A stretch of 34,903 nucleotides of DNA from a virus (Duplodnaviria; Caudoviricetes), in IMG/VR virus record IMGVR_UViG_3300012953_000092, positions 1 through 34,903 of that record; one strand, written 5' to 3'. This document shows positions 1-10,600 of this stretch, piece by piece. Each line of letters starts with the position of its first letter. Within the stretch, counting starts at the first letter, position 1. Under the pieces are notes generated by a model. It worked only from the letters and a program-made list of their open reading frames with translations, was not told the origin of the DNA and did no database searches. The position numbers and the translations under genes were made by a program.

Positions 1-3000
1 CACCCACAACATGAAGTTTTGATGTTGGATTAGTAGTTCCTACACCAACATTCTCAGTTGTACTATAAGGGGCTAACTGAATTGTTCCATCGGCATCCAC
101 ATCTATGGATGGTATACCTGATATATCATTAACAGAGAATATAGAACCTGATGAAAGACTGTTGGTTACAGAAAATAATTGTCCTTCTGAACCTTGAACT
201 ACAACTGCGGTAGAGGCAGTACCAACATCAACCGTAAGAGTTGCATCAGATACTGCAGTAGTTCCAATACCAATATTATCACCAATAGTAGCAGGATGGA
301 TACCACCAGAAACCGTTGTCCATTTACTACTACCACCACCTCCACCAGCAGCTGCCCATGTTCCATCACCTCTTAAAAATACTGAAGAATCAGCTGATCC
401 TGATCCAAGTCTTGCTGTTGCAACAGTACCTGATGCTAAGTTAGTTGCATTAAGTGATGTAAGGTTAGCACCAGAACCATATAAAGTAGTCGCAGTAACA
501 ACACCGACTGCTAGTACTGCCTCATTACCTGAAACAGCATTAGCACCAGTGGGATTATCAGTTCCAATACCAACATCACCATCTGATGTGATGACAAGTC
601 TATCTTTAGAGTTGGTTGTATCATGAATTCCAAATTTTCCATTTGCATTTTGAATTTGGAAGTCAGAATCACTATTTGTATCAGTAAGTTGAATTATTGG
701 ATAGACAGTTTGAATCTGTATATTTCTTTTAGCAATAATAGTTCCACTCGCAGGAACTTTAAATTCATCATCAGAAATATGTAATGAAGTTGCAGTAACA
801 GCACCAGAAACCCATACATCGGTAGCAGTTAAGAATCCAACAGTAGTAATACCAGAAGTTACATTTAATCCACCAGCAGCAATACTAACACCAGCACCAG
901 AAACAACATGTATTCCTTCTCTGGCAGTAATTAATCCTACTGAATCTATATTAGTTACATCTTCATAAGTTAACGTTCCACTTATAGTAATATCACCAGT
1001 TATATTAATATTACCTGTACCAGTTATATTATTACTATTAAGAGATAAGTTTCCACCTAATGAAGGTGATGTATCCCCACTAATATGTGTTGTAACTCCA
1101 GAAAGTGAGTCATATTCAATTGCTGTACCATTCCATGTACCAGCAGTAATTGTACCTAAAGTTGCTATGTTTGTGCTACCAGTCCAACTGTTTATTGATA
1201 CATTATCTACATTACCTAAACCTACATCAGAGGCAGTTACATTTATAGATGATTTTAACGTTGCTGTAGTTACACCTGCAATTCCAGTAGATGTGAATTG
1301 AGCATAGTCACCATTAGAAACTGAAGCATCATCAATCTTAACGGCATTACTATTAGCAATACCAAATGTTAATGTATCTTGTTTAGCATTCCACGTAGCA
1401 GCAGAAGCAATATAATCATCAGCAATATCAGTTCCACTCCAAATACCACTAAAATTTGCAGCAGTTATAATTCCTGTAGTATTAATATTAACCGTAGTTC
1501 CAATTCCTATAGGAGTTTCCTTTCCATCTTCATCAGCAAATTCTATATTACCCGTTGATTCTGATTTTTTAATAGTAATAGCTGTAGTACCACTACCAAT
1601 CTGTATTTCATCCAAACCTGTTAATTTTTTGGCACTTGGATCAATAGTAATTGATGCTTCACCAACAGTTAAAATACCAGTGATTCTAGCATCTCCTTGA
1701 ACATATAAAGAATAATCATCTTTAGCTGTAGTTCCTATTCCTACCTTCTTTGTAGTACTAATACCAACATTATCAATAGCCCAAGTTCCACCTACACCCG
1801 TAGATCCTCCACCACCACTAGCAGTAACAATACCATCACCATCTATTGATAATCCACTACCAATCTTAATACCACCAAGAGTTCCAGCAGCTGCTGTAGG
1901 TAATACATATCCACCACCAGCAGTTGTTGCAAATACAAAATTCTTTCCTGCTGGTTGTGATGTATCTACTTTAAGAAACTTTCCATTATAATCACTTAAA
2001 TTAGTAGCAATACCAACAATATCATCAAGGTATTGTAATTGTGTTTCACCGCCTCCACCAAGAGTTGATAACTGTTGTTGAATACGATTAATGAATACTC
2101 TATAATGTTCTTGTAATTGATCAAGAGTAACAAAATTTTTATTGAGTGGAGTTAATGTATCAGAATTATTAGTTTCTGGTGTTATATTAAGAATACCTTC
2201 ACTTAAAATATCCTTTTCACTAAACTTTTCAAAAACTTCTTCAAGATATTTAATTTTATCAGTAAGTTTAGAATTCTGTCTTTCTAATTCATCTAAATTA
2301 AGTCTTTTAAGTGTAGAACGAACTTCTCCTTGAATTTTTTCAATATAATTATTATTTTCTTTTAGATGAGATTCATTTCTAACTATTTCTATTTCTAATC
2401 CAGAAACTTTTTTAGTTACTTCATTTTTATAATTCTCACTAGTTTCTAAATCTTCAATAATATTTTTCTTAAGATTTTTTACTTCCTTAATTTTTTTCTG
2501 TAAATTTTTAAATAAACTATCCTTATTATCTCTAACACCATCAATTTCAATTTCTATCTTAGAAATTGTCTCATCTAAAGTTTCTTTAAATTTATTTAAA
2601 TTATTCTCAGATTTTAATTTATTATCAACGATAAATTCTCTATATTCAGCAATAGATTCTTTTTTTAAAGTTTCTATATCCTCTTCTAAATCTTTATTTT
2701 TATTTTCAACTACAAGATTTATCTTCTCATCAAGAGTAGATAAAGTTTCTTCTTTTAATTGAGATACTGATTCCTTTTTAAAATCTTCTACAGAATCTTC
2801 AATTCCCTCAATAATATTGCTAATTTTTTCTTTAAATTCTTTAATATGATTTGATGATCTTAATTCAGATTCTACAACTACTGATTTATATTTTGGAACT
2901 TCTATTTCAACAAACTCATTTATTTGTTCTGTTAATCCAGAAACATCACCTTGAATTTCTAATAAATCCTTTTTATTAATACTTTTTACATCATCCTTTA

Positions 3001-3268
3001 ATTTATTAATACTTTCTTCAAGTAAGAAAGTATAAGCCATCATCGAATTATCAAGATCTTCTTTTTTAATAAAATCTTGTATTTCTGATTTAATATCTTC
3101 TACACAATTTATAGTATCTGCTAAATTATCTAATTTGGATAAATTATTTTTATAGACATCAAAAGCTTCAGAAAAAGACTGTAATTCTGGTCTTTTTACT
3201 AATTCATGAATAATATCGTCTGATTTATTATCTTCACGAAAAAAATCTGAAGGTTTCTTTAGGGCCAT
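1..3268 (-). CDS. Large virion-associated protein, 3' truncated (>1089 aa): N-terminal ~400-aa coiled-coil region fused to a tail-fibre-like region
   Basis: Translated by hand from the ATG at 3266-3268 (MALKKPSDFFRED...). The frame matches the codons at the window edge (...NVGVGTTNPTSKLHVVG), and the ORF track lacks it because it has no stop. A K/E/L/I-rich helical part runs to QQQLSTLGGGGETQLQYLDD. Fibre-like motifs follow: LTYEDVTNIDSVGLITAREG, VGIGTDNPT, LTSLNATNLASGTV, FLRGDGTWA. Confidence 0.85.
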   Translation of the reverse strand, partial: MALKKPSDFFREDNKSDDIIHELVKRPELQSFSEAFDVYKNNLSKLDNLADTINCVEDIKSEIQDFIKKEDLDNSMMAYTFLLEESINKLKDDVKSINKKDLLEIQGDVSGLTEQINEFVEIEVPKYKSVVVESELRSSNHIKEFKEKISNIIEGIEDSVEDFKKESVSQLKEETLSTLDEKINLVVENKNKDLEEDIETLKKESIAEYREFIVDNKLKSENNLNKFKETLDETISKIEIEIDGVRDNKDSLFKNLQKKIKEVKNLKKNIIEDLETSENYKNEVTKKVSGLEIEIVRNESHLKENNNYIEKIQGEVRSTLKRLNLDELERQNSKLTDKIKYLEEVFEKFSEKDILSEGILNITPETNNSDTLTPLNKNFVTLDQLQEHYRVFINRIQQQLSTLGGGGETQLQYLDDIVGIATNLSDYNGKFLKVDTSQPAGKNFVFATTAGGGYVLPTAAAGTLGGIKIGSGLSIDGDGIVTASGGGGSTGVGGTWAIDNVGISTTKKVGIGTTAKDDYSLYVQGDARITGILTVGEASITIDPSAKKLTGLDEIQIGSGTTAITIKKSESTGNIEFADEDGKETPIGIGTTVNINTTGIITAANFSGIWSGTDIADDYIASAATWNAKQDTLTFGIANSNAVKIDDASVSNGDYAQFTSTGIAGVTTATLKSSINVTASDVGLGNVDNVSINSWTGSTNIATLGTITAGTWNGTAIEYDSLSGVTTHISGDTSPSLGGNLSLNSNNITGTGNINITGDITISGTLTYEDVTNIDSVGLITAREGIHVVSGAGVSIAAGGLNVTSGITTVGFLTATDVWVSGAVTATSLHISDDEFKVPASGTIIAKRNIQIQTVYPIIQLTDTNSDSDFQIQNANGKFGIHDTTNSKDRLVITSDGDVGIGTDNPTGANAVSGNEAVLAVGVVTATTLYGSGANLTSLNATNLASGTVATARLGSGSADSSVFLRGDGTWAAAGGGGGSSKWTTVSGGIHPATIGDNIGIGTTAVSDATLTVDVGTASTAVVVQGSEGQLFSVTNSLSSGSIFSVNDISGIPSIDVDADGTIQLAPYSTTENVGVGTTNPTSKLHVVG

Positions 3269-3271
3269 TAT

Positions 3272-3721
3272 TTAATTGTTTTTATGATCAGTCTGTGTAT
3301 TATTATTTAGAAACCCTTTTTTAAGTAGTTTTGAAAGTTCTGATGTTGAACCAACAAATAATGAATTATTAGTAACTGTATTTGGTTGTTTATTTATTTC
3401 CTCATCAACCTCCTTAACTTTCTTTTGCAATTCCATTAACTTATCAGTTGTATCAGCAACAGACTTAATAATCTGTCCTGCAACTTCATATGCTCTTGGA
3501 CTTGCACTTTCACCTGCCAATTCCATTATACCATTAAGAGATTCTTGTCCTTTTTCAATTAAAGAATATAAGTTAGCACGAGTATAATCATAATCATGCT
3601 TAATATCATCACTTACATTTTTTAATTGATCTTTTCGTTTTACACAACCATTTTCTGGTGTAGTACTCACTTCTATACTGGTAGTATTGAGTGCTTCATC
3701 AATAGAATCATAACTAGACAT
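3272..3721 (-). CDS. gp16: Terminase small subunit (T4 gp16-like)
   Basis: DYDYTRANLYSLIEKG, SPRAYEVAGQIIK and NNSLFVGSTSEL are typical of T4-like small terminases. It follows gp15. Confidence 0.93.
   Translation of the reverse strand: MSSYDSIDEALNTTSIEVSTTPENGCVKRKDQLKNVSDDIKHDYDYTRANLYSLIEKGQESLNGIMELAGESASPRAYEVAGQIIKSVADTTDKLMELQKKVKEVDEEINKQPNTVTNNSLFVGSTSELSKLLKKGFLNNNTQTDHKNN
3304..3311 (-). promoter_or_regulatory. Possible T4-type late promoter variant (TCTAAATA) for the coiled-coil/fibre gene
   Basis: One mismatch to TATAAATA, about 35 nt upstream of the ATG at 3268 and inside the 3' end of gp16. AT-rich DNA makes a chance match plausible. Confidence 0.35.
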
Positions 3722-3724
3722 GAT

Positions 3725-4522
3725 TTAAATATCCTTTCCTTGTGTTGGACTATAAGTCTTACTATCACCAAAATCAGTCCAAGTTTCACTAAATCCAAAG
3801 TCATCAGCAGGTCCAGCATCAGCAGGAACTGGTGTTGCTGTATATCTCATTTCCCTCTTAGCAGTCTTAGTATCCGTACTTGTATATAAATCAGTCTGTA
3901 CTTTTCTGATAAGTCCATCTGTAGTATCTGCAATAGGGCCAAATAGATATGTTTTTGCAGTAAAATTAAATGTATATATTAGTGCTCTTCTAGTAGAAAA
4001 ATCACCTTCATAATCATCTTGAAATGATATATTATCCAATACCAGTGCTATATCTCTTTTTTCCCCAATAGAACTAACTAAATCTACTGTTAGATTGAAT
4101 GAAGGTTGGAAATATGGTAAAATCTGCTCCACAATTTGTAATGCATCATCATTTAATTTTGTAAAAACATTTAACTCAAATCCAATGTTATAAGGAACAG
4201 GCATATAAACCTTTTTTAAATTAGTTCCATCAGATGTCTTAAATGTTTGAGTTACACCTGCTTTTCTAGTTGAATCATAAGTAACATTATTCATTTCAAA
4301 CGACATTCTAGGTAATGTAGTTTGAACTGGTTTATTTAAATCTGCCTGTTCTTCAAGTCTTGCAAGAAATTTTTGTGCAGGTCCGTATGATAATGGAATT
4401 TTAAGTTCACTATAATTACCACCAGAAGAATCTTTATGACGAATATTTATATCATTAAAAACAGTACCAAAAGCAATAATGGTTTTTCTAATAATTTCGT
4501 GGTAATAATAAGTTCCTAACAT
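3725..4522 (-). CDS. gp15: Tail sheath stabilizer / tail terminator (T4 gp15-like)
   Basis: MLGTYYYHEIIRKTIIAFGTVFN, LPRMSFE and QIVEQILPYFQP motifs; syntenic between gp14 and gp16. Confidence 0.95.
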   Translation of the reverse strand: MLGTYYYHEIIRKTIIAFGTVFNDINIRHKDSSGGNYSELKIPLSYGPAQKFLARLEEQADLNKPVQTTLPRMSFEMNNVTYDSTRKAGVTQTFKTSDGTNLKKVYMPVPYNIGFELNVFTKLNDDALQIVEQILPYFQPSFNLTVDLVSSIGEKRDIALVLDNISFQDDYEGDFSTRRALIYTFNFTAKTYLFGPIADTTDGLIRKVQTDLYTSTDTKTAKREMRYTATPVPADAGPADDFGFSETWTDFGDSKTYSPTQGKDI

Positions 4523-5973
4523 TATACTTGTCCGAATGGATTTGATTCAGTGAAGTCCAAAATATCATCTGCTTCACTTTCGATTGTTTCGCTCTGGTCG
4601 TATTTATCCTCAAATTCAGCTGACTCAACATAATCAACTGTATATTGTGCTGTAGAAGTGGATCCAATTGCAACATCTCCTGCAACAAACGTACCACTAG
4701 TTGTTCCCAATTTAAGAATATTAGTATCTTTATCCCAACTCTTCACTCTACCCTTAGCACCAGAAACAGATCCGACAACAATTTCATTAAATGAATATAC
4801 ACCAGTACCAGTAATTAATGGAGGATATGCAACAGTTGCGATTCCTGTTCCTGCAGTATATCCAATACCAGCATCAGAAAGAAGTATTTGAGTAACAGTA
4901 TTTGCAACACTTACAACAGATCTACCAACAGCAGTTCCAACACCAGAAGTTGGTGTATTGAAATAAACTATAGGTTCAGTTGGATATCCACTACCAGAAT
5001 TAGTAATTGATATTGTACCAATACCACTATCAGTAGTTACTAAAGTTGCAGTAGCAGCTGCACCAACACCATGAGTCTTTGTAATACCATTAGTTTGAGT
5101 AGATGTAGCACTAACAATAGTAACAGTGGGAATTTCAGTATAACCTGCTCCTGGATTTGTTAATAATATTTCTGTTATATAAGAATCAGGTGCGTCAGTG
5201 TTATCAGAATTAAATGGTGACGTTGTTATTGCAACAGCAGTAGCATCTATACCACCTGGAGGTGCTGTACTAATTGAAACAGTTGGAGTTATTGAATAAC
5301 CATAACCATCATGATTTAATATAATATTTCTAATATATCCTGATGTAGTAGTTATTCCTAAAGTAGCAGTAGAACCTATAGAAATTAATTTTAAGGATGT
5401 CATATATCCTTGATTAACTAATACACTATCAATTTCTTCAGTAGTGGTACTAAGTTGATCCCATCCACCCATCTCATCTTCAAGTTCAAATAATTCACAC
5501 TGTAATTCGTAAACATAGTTTTTACCTAATTGGTAAAATGGTTTTTCATGCTCTACAAACTTAACCTCAAAAAGTCTTTTTCCTAATGGGAAATATATTA
5601 AATCTCCTTCACGAGGTCTTGTAGTAACTTCTATTTCACTAGCAGGTAATGATTGTAAAAAAGGTGCAATAAAATCTTCAAACCTTTCTTTTGATATTGT
5701 TATTATTAATTCATCCTTTAAACTCATTCCAAATTTAGTCATTATATCACCAGCACCCGTATACCCTTCATAGGTATTCACATATGCTTCTATAGAAAAA
5801 TTATCATTAAAAGTAGATGACTCAAGTTCTCTGAAAAGTGTATCCTTCTTAACTATCTTTCGTGGTAAATAAGATACTTCTACACCAAAAATTTTCAACT
5901 GTTCATTGATTAAATCTTGAACAAGTCGTTGTTCACTCTGAGATCCTTGTAAAAAATAAGAATTAAGAGCCAT
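4522..5973 (-). CDS. gp14: Neck protein (T4 gp14-like) with a Gly/Thr-rich repeat insertion
   Basis: EQRLVQDLINEQLKIFG, RPREGDLIYFP, FEVKFVEHEKPFYQLGK and the C-terminal DFTESNPFG. Confidence 0.93.
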   Translation of the reverse strand: MALNSYFLQGSQSEQRLVQDLINEQLKIFGVEVSYLPRKIVKKDTLFRELESSTFNDNFSIEAYVNTYEGYTGAGDIMTKFGMSLKDELIITISKERFEDFIAPFLQSLPASEIEVTTRPREGDLIYFPLGKRLFEVKFVEHEKPFYQLGKNYVYELQCELFELEDEMGGWDQLSTTTEEIDSVLVNQGYMTSLKLISIGSTATLGITTTSGYIRNIILNHDGYGYSITPTVSISTAPPGGIDATAVAITTSPFNSDNTDAPDSYITEILLTNPGAGYTEIPTVTIVSATSTQTNGITKTHGVGAAATATLVTTDSGIGTISITNSGSGYPTEPIVYFNTPTSGVGTAVGRSVVSVANTVTQILLSDAGIGYTAGTGIATVAYPPLITGTGVYSFNEIVVGSVSGAKGRVKSWDKDTNILKLGTTSGTFVAGDVAIGSTSTAQYTVDYVESAEFEDKYDQSETIESEADDILDFTESNPFGQV

Positions 5974-5977
5974 AATA

Positions 5978-6823
5978 CTATCCTATCATATCTAAAGGTG
6001 GTACTTCATATTCAGAAGACATTTTTTCCCTGATACTTTCAAGTTCTCTTTCAGCATCTTCATACATTTCTCTTCCATTCAATTCAACTCCACCAGGAAG
6101 TTTAACACCTCTAAATTTAATCAAATTTTGGCCCCATTGACGTTTAATTAGTTGTGTTAAATATTTTTTAAGAAAACTATCATTATATACACCACTAAAT
6201 TGATCAGGATCCAATGCTCTATAACAATCAATAACTAACCAATTATCTGCAGTTTCAGAACCCCAATCAATATCTAAATATAATCTATCTTGTCTTTTAT
6301 TAAATCTTATCTGCTTATCTGTAGATAATAAAAAATCAATATCTTCTAGGTATGTTTTTACCATAGAATATTGAAGTAAATTAATTGAATTAAATTGATA
6401 TAAATCATTTAAAAATAATTGATATTTAATACTAAACATACCAGATGATATGGTACTACTATCAAATTTAAATACCTTTTCAATTCCTATCACGGCATCA
6501 GGAACTTGAATAAAATTTGAATTTTCATACCAATTGGAAGTAATAGTTCCATATCCTGATATATTAGTTGATGTTGCACTTGTAGATGCAATACCAACTC
6601 CAGATGTTCCTGATGCCTTTCCTCTATCTATATCATCTTGTGATAATTTATATTTTAAAAACATTCTTTCAACGCCGTCGAAATGACGCTCATTAAAGAG
6701 TTGAAGAGCATCATCCACTGCATCATCTATTTGATCATCATCAACGTTAACCTCCAACACAGGAGCACCTAACTGCCTTAGACAGTAATCTACTAATCCT
6801 TGTCTAGTACTTGGTTTAGCCAT
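5978..6823 (-). CDS. gp13: Neck protein (T4 gp13-like)
   Basis: YCLRQLGAPVLEVNV, RHFDG and KRQWGQNLIKFRGVKLPGGVELNG. Confidence 0.95.
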   Translation of the reverse strand: MAKPSTRQGLVDYCLRQLGAPVLEVNVDDDQIDDAVDDALQLFNERHFDGVERMFLKYKLSQDDIDRGKASGTSGVGIASTSATSTNISGYGTITSNWYENSNFIQVPDAVIGIEKVFKFDSSTISSGMFSIKYQLFLNDLYQFNSINLLQYSMVKTYLEDIDFLLSTDKQIRFNKRQDRLYLDIDWGSETADNWLVIDCYRALDPDQFSGVYNDSFLKKYLTQLIKRQWGQNLIKFRGVKLPGGVELNGREMYEDAERELESIREKMSSEYEVPPLDMIG

Positions 6824-7038
6824 CAGAATGAACCTCCATCTATTAATCCAGCAACTAGGGTTCCCTCAATAGATACATTATTCTGAAATGTAGCAATTCC
6901 ACTAACATTTAAAGTAGCAATATTACCAATTCCACCAATAACATTAAAACTTGTGTTTATAATATTACCTATACCAACATTACTAGCAATAACCTTTACG
7001 GCATTTTGTTGTCCAACACTAACTTTAATATCTGCCAT
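6823..7038 (-). CDS. Small hypothetical structural protein (71 aa)
   Basis: Coupled to both neighbours by one-base stop/start overlaps. Contains LNVSGIATF (fibre-like) and a C-terminal IDGGSF. Confidence 0.75.
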   Translation of the reverse strand: MADIKVSVGQQNAVKVIASNVGIGNIINTSFNVIGGIGNIATLNVSGIATFQNNVSIEGTLVAGLIDGGSF

Positions 7039-7373
7039 TATCTAGTTACTCCTTCCCTAACAAGAACACTACCTTCAACAACAGTTGTTTTAACCCCTCC
7101 TCCTGAAGTAATTACAATGTCATAAACATACCTACCAGGTGATAATAATGCTGTTTTCTCATCTGCCAAGTCTAATTTAATTATCCCTGCAGTATTAACA
7201 ACCGTAGCAACAAAATCTGTCTTAGATGAACTACTAGCATGTTTTCTCATCTGAGCATGTACGTCATAATCTCCCAAATCCATTACTGAATTAGTTTCAG
7301 CTGATTCTAATGTAAATGTTTGTGAAAAAGTAGTTCCCGTATTAATTACAAGATTACTAACATATACGGCCAT
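7038..7373 (-). CDS. Conserved hypothetical virion protein (111 aa, beta-rich)
   Basis: MAVYVSNLVIN...AQMRKH...PGRYVYDIVI...VVEGSVLVREGVTR. This pattern resembles small proteins upstream of gp13 in cyanomyoviruses. It sits downstream of a late promoter. Confidence 0.8.
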   Translation of the reverse strand: MAVYVSNLVINTGTTFSQTFTLESAETNSVMDLGDYDVHAQMRKHASSSSKTDFVATVVNTAGIIKLDLADEKTALLSPGRYVYDIVITSGGGVKTTVVEGSVLVREGVTR

Positions 7374-7400
7374 CTATTTTGATATAAAATCCCTACTTGT

Positions 7401-7408
7401 TATTTATA
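7401..7408 (-). promoter_or_regulatory. T4-type late promoter TATAAATA
   Basis: Exact consensus in the intergenic gap 7374-7415, upstream of the neck/terminase genes. Confidence 0.8.
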
Positions 7409-7415
7409 TTGTATT

Positions 7416-7619
7416 TCAATCCGTACTTTTTTCTAATAATTTTTTAAGGAGTGCTTTCAACTCATCAATCTCAGATTTCATCCGATTTAACTCACTTTTT
7501 TCATTTTTAATAGAAGAAATAGTTTTTAATCTATTAGAATATTCAATACTATCAGAATTTATGATAGCACCAGATTTTTCATCTCGATATAAATGAGAGT
7601 ATCCATCTACTCTTATCAT
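7416..7619 (-). CDS. Small hypothetical protein with a C-terminal coiled coil (67 aa)
   Basis: MIRVDGYSHLYRDEKSGAIIN...EIDELKALLKKLL; its start overlaps the stop of the VrlC gene by 4 nt. Confidence 0.8.
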   Translation of the reverse strand: MIRVDGYSHLYRDEKSGAIINSDSIEYSNRLKTISSIKNEKSELNRMKSEIDELKALLKKLLEKSTD

Positions 7620-10600
7620 TTTAATGCAATAGTACGAAAATCTTTAATTCTTATTGGATAGGCTTGATTTGTTCCAGACATAACAATTTTAATTTGATAT
7701 CCAATAAATTCACCTAAATTATCTGCAGTAAATTGATACTCTAAGAATTGATTATCCAAACTAGCAGGAACAAAGGCATCCGGTTTACCATTATTATTAA
7801 CAGAATCTATAACTCTATCACCAAAACCATCTCCAGTTGTATCATTAAGATTATCATAACCAGGGAATAATTCAAACTCTTGTGGAATTTCATCTGAATC
7901 TGGCCTCTTTATAGAATAAAGAACTCTAAAATCTGATGATGCATCCCTATATGCGGATAATAATACTTTTAAACCATCTGCAGGTTTATCTAATGTTACT
8001 GGAGGTGAAATATAGATAGCACTATGTGGATCAAAAGCAGTTCTAGAATTTACCCTATTATCTGTAATATAATCAGATATTGGATTATTTAATCTATTAC
8101 ATCTAAATTCAGTATTAGAGTTATTAAGGAATATTATTGGCGATACACTTTCATCAGTTGATGATAATGATATTCCTGTAGTAAGAGATTTATTTCTCTC
8201 AATATTATTCAAATACTCAATTTCATTAACTTTAGAGCATATAAGTCTTACACTACTTAATTTATTTGGTTGATTTAACTGAACCGATTCAAATCCTTGA
8301 TCTATAAATGAATTTTCACTACCACTAACACTAGTACCACTAACAGTTCTAATAGATGCTGATGTAGAAGTTACATCTGATGGTGTAAATACATCATAAA
8401 TCGGTACTATTGTATCATATATTATATTTCTAGTTGCGGTTACATTTGAACCACCAACAGGAGATTCACTAATATTAAAAGATAATTCTGGTTGTGTTCC
8501 ACCAAAACTTCTATTAATAGTAGTTCCTGTGACTCCTTTATCAATTTGGATACCATAACTATCCAAATCAATATTCGTAGGTGATATTATATGTGTCTTA
8601 TTAATTCTTAATAAAGAAACCCCATTAAGTTCATATTTTTCCACTTTCGCACCAACATTATGTAATGAATTATTATTAAGACTTGATGTACTATTTACAC
8701 CTCTTTCAAGATCATATAATATATTACCAGCCTGAACTTCCTTATAACTAACAATTTCTTTACCTTCAATTAGTACATATCCTGGATTAGTGGCACTAAC
8801 AGGAAGTCCTTCAAAAATAGATAAATTTTCAGTTGATGCAACTTCAATTGATGATGTTTCATTACTTTCTAAATTAGATGTAAGTGTAGTTGCATCTACA
8901 TCAGTTGTAACATTTTTTATGATTACTTTATTATTAGATGCATACATTCCATGATCTAATTCATCATTTATTCTAAAATAATCTCCAGAATTAATTCCAC
9001 CATCAAGAATTAAATCAGTAGTTAAATCTATATTAGTCTGAGTGACAGTTGTTGAACCATCTTCAATAAATTTAAGATCTTCACCAGATTTAAATCCATC
9101 AGCACCTACTCTTCCATGTATATCATCCAAATATAATGTATCAATACCTTCAATATCGTCTATTGAAATTTCAGCACCAATACCACCATAGTTACCTTCA
9201 CTCTCAGCAGTAATGATACCAACTTTGTCTCCCATAGTATATCCAGATCCTACATTGGAACCATTTATAGCTACATTAGTAATTACTCCTCCAGAACTTG
9301 AAGTAATATTTAATTTCAAATCTCTACCTTTCCCGGTAATATTATAAACACCAACAGGTCCATAGGTTGACATATTTGGTTTGTAATTAATTCCACCTGT
9401 TACAATACCTACACTAGCACTTTTTACAGGGCCTCCTGTACCAACAATAACAGCTGTTACATTATCATCATTATATCCTACAACAGTTCTTCCTCTGGAA
9501 TAGGATGAAATTCCAACTGAATCAGTAACAGCCGTAATTCCAATATAACCTTTTCTAGAAAATGTAGTAATAGGATTAGACTCAAGTTCAGATACATATC
9601 CATTACTTTTATCTAATGTAGGATTAGCAAAGAAAGCTGTTCCTGGAGTAGTTGAAAATTTAGCTTTATATAATTTAAATTTTAAATCTTCATATTGATC
9701 TGCAGTCCAAATAGAACCATTTTGAGATTTAAATAGACTACCTAAAGCCCATTGCCTACTGTATATAACTTGTTGATCTTTAGGAAGTTCTTGTGTTTCA
9801 ATTGTTGCTTCCTTAAAACGTGCTATCCAAGCTTCATACTCATTACTTGTTGGAGCAACAAGAACAATCGCATATTCTTTTCCAGCTTCTAAGTATATTG
9901 GTTCTGCAAACTTAAAATTAGTTGCAACTTCACCTACAGGGGAAGTATTAACTTCCTCAGGCCTTAATGTTACAGAATTTCCAACACGAATTTTAGTAGG
10001 AGTTCCCAATTCTGTAGTACGAATTTCACATGTTATTGGAGCATTTCCATTAGATTTAAGTCCAAAAAATATATCTACTGAAGTAACAAAAACACCATTG
10101 TCATCTTCATTTAATGTAACACCTGGATCTGGAGCTTCTACAGCACCACCAACACTAAAAGTTTGTGCTAAAGGATCACCACTTCCAATACAGAAATGAA
10201 ACCAGTTTTTGGTTGTTGTTATAGTTTTTGTAGTTTGTTCTTGTACCTGCATTTCTTTATATGTGCCAACTGCTTCATATGGAGTTGATGCTGAAGAAAT
10301 TGATGCCGTACCTGTTATATTAGGTGCATTAATAAGACTACTTGTTAATTTATAAGTTTTTGAACCAGTTTCTATTTGAACACTTGGTGGTGGAGTAGTA
10401 TTTGGATCTTTTAAGAAGAAACATCCTTGTAAATTTCCATTAATATCAGTAATTAACCTTAAATCTTTTACATAAGCAACTGCTCCAGATTCATTTCCAA
10501 CTAATTTTGTACCTCTTTCAACATATCCACTATATAAACCCTGTTCTATACTTGCTAATGAAAAAGTATCAATATTTAATACTTTAGAAGAAGTTGTATA

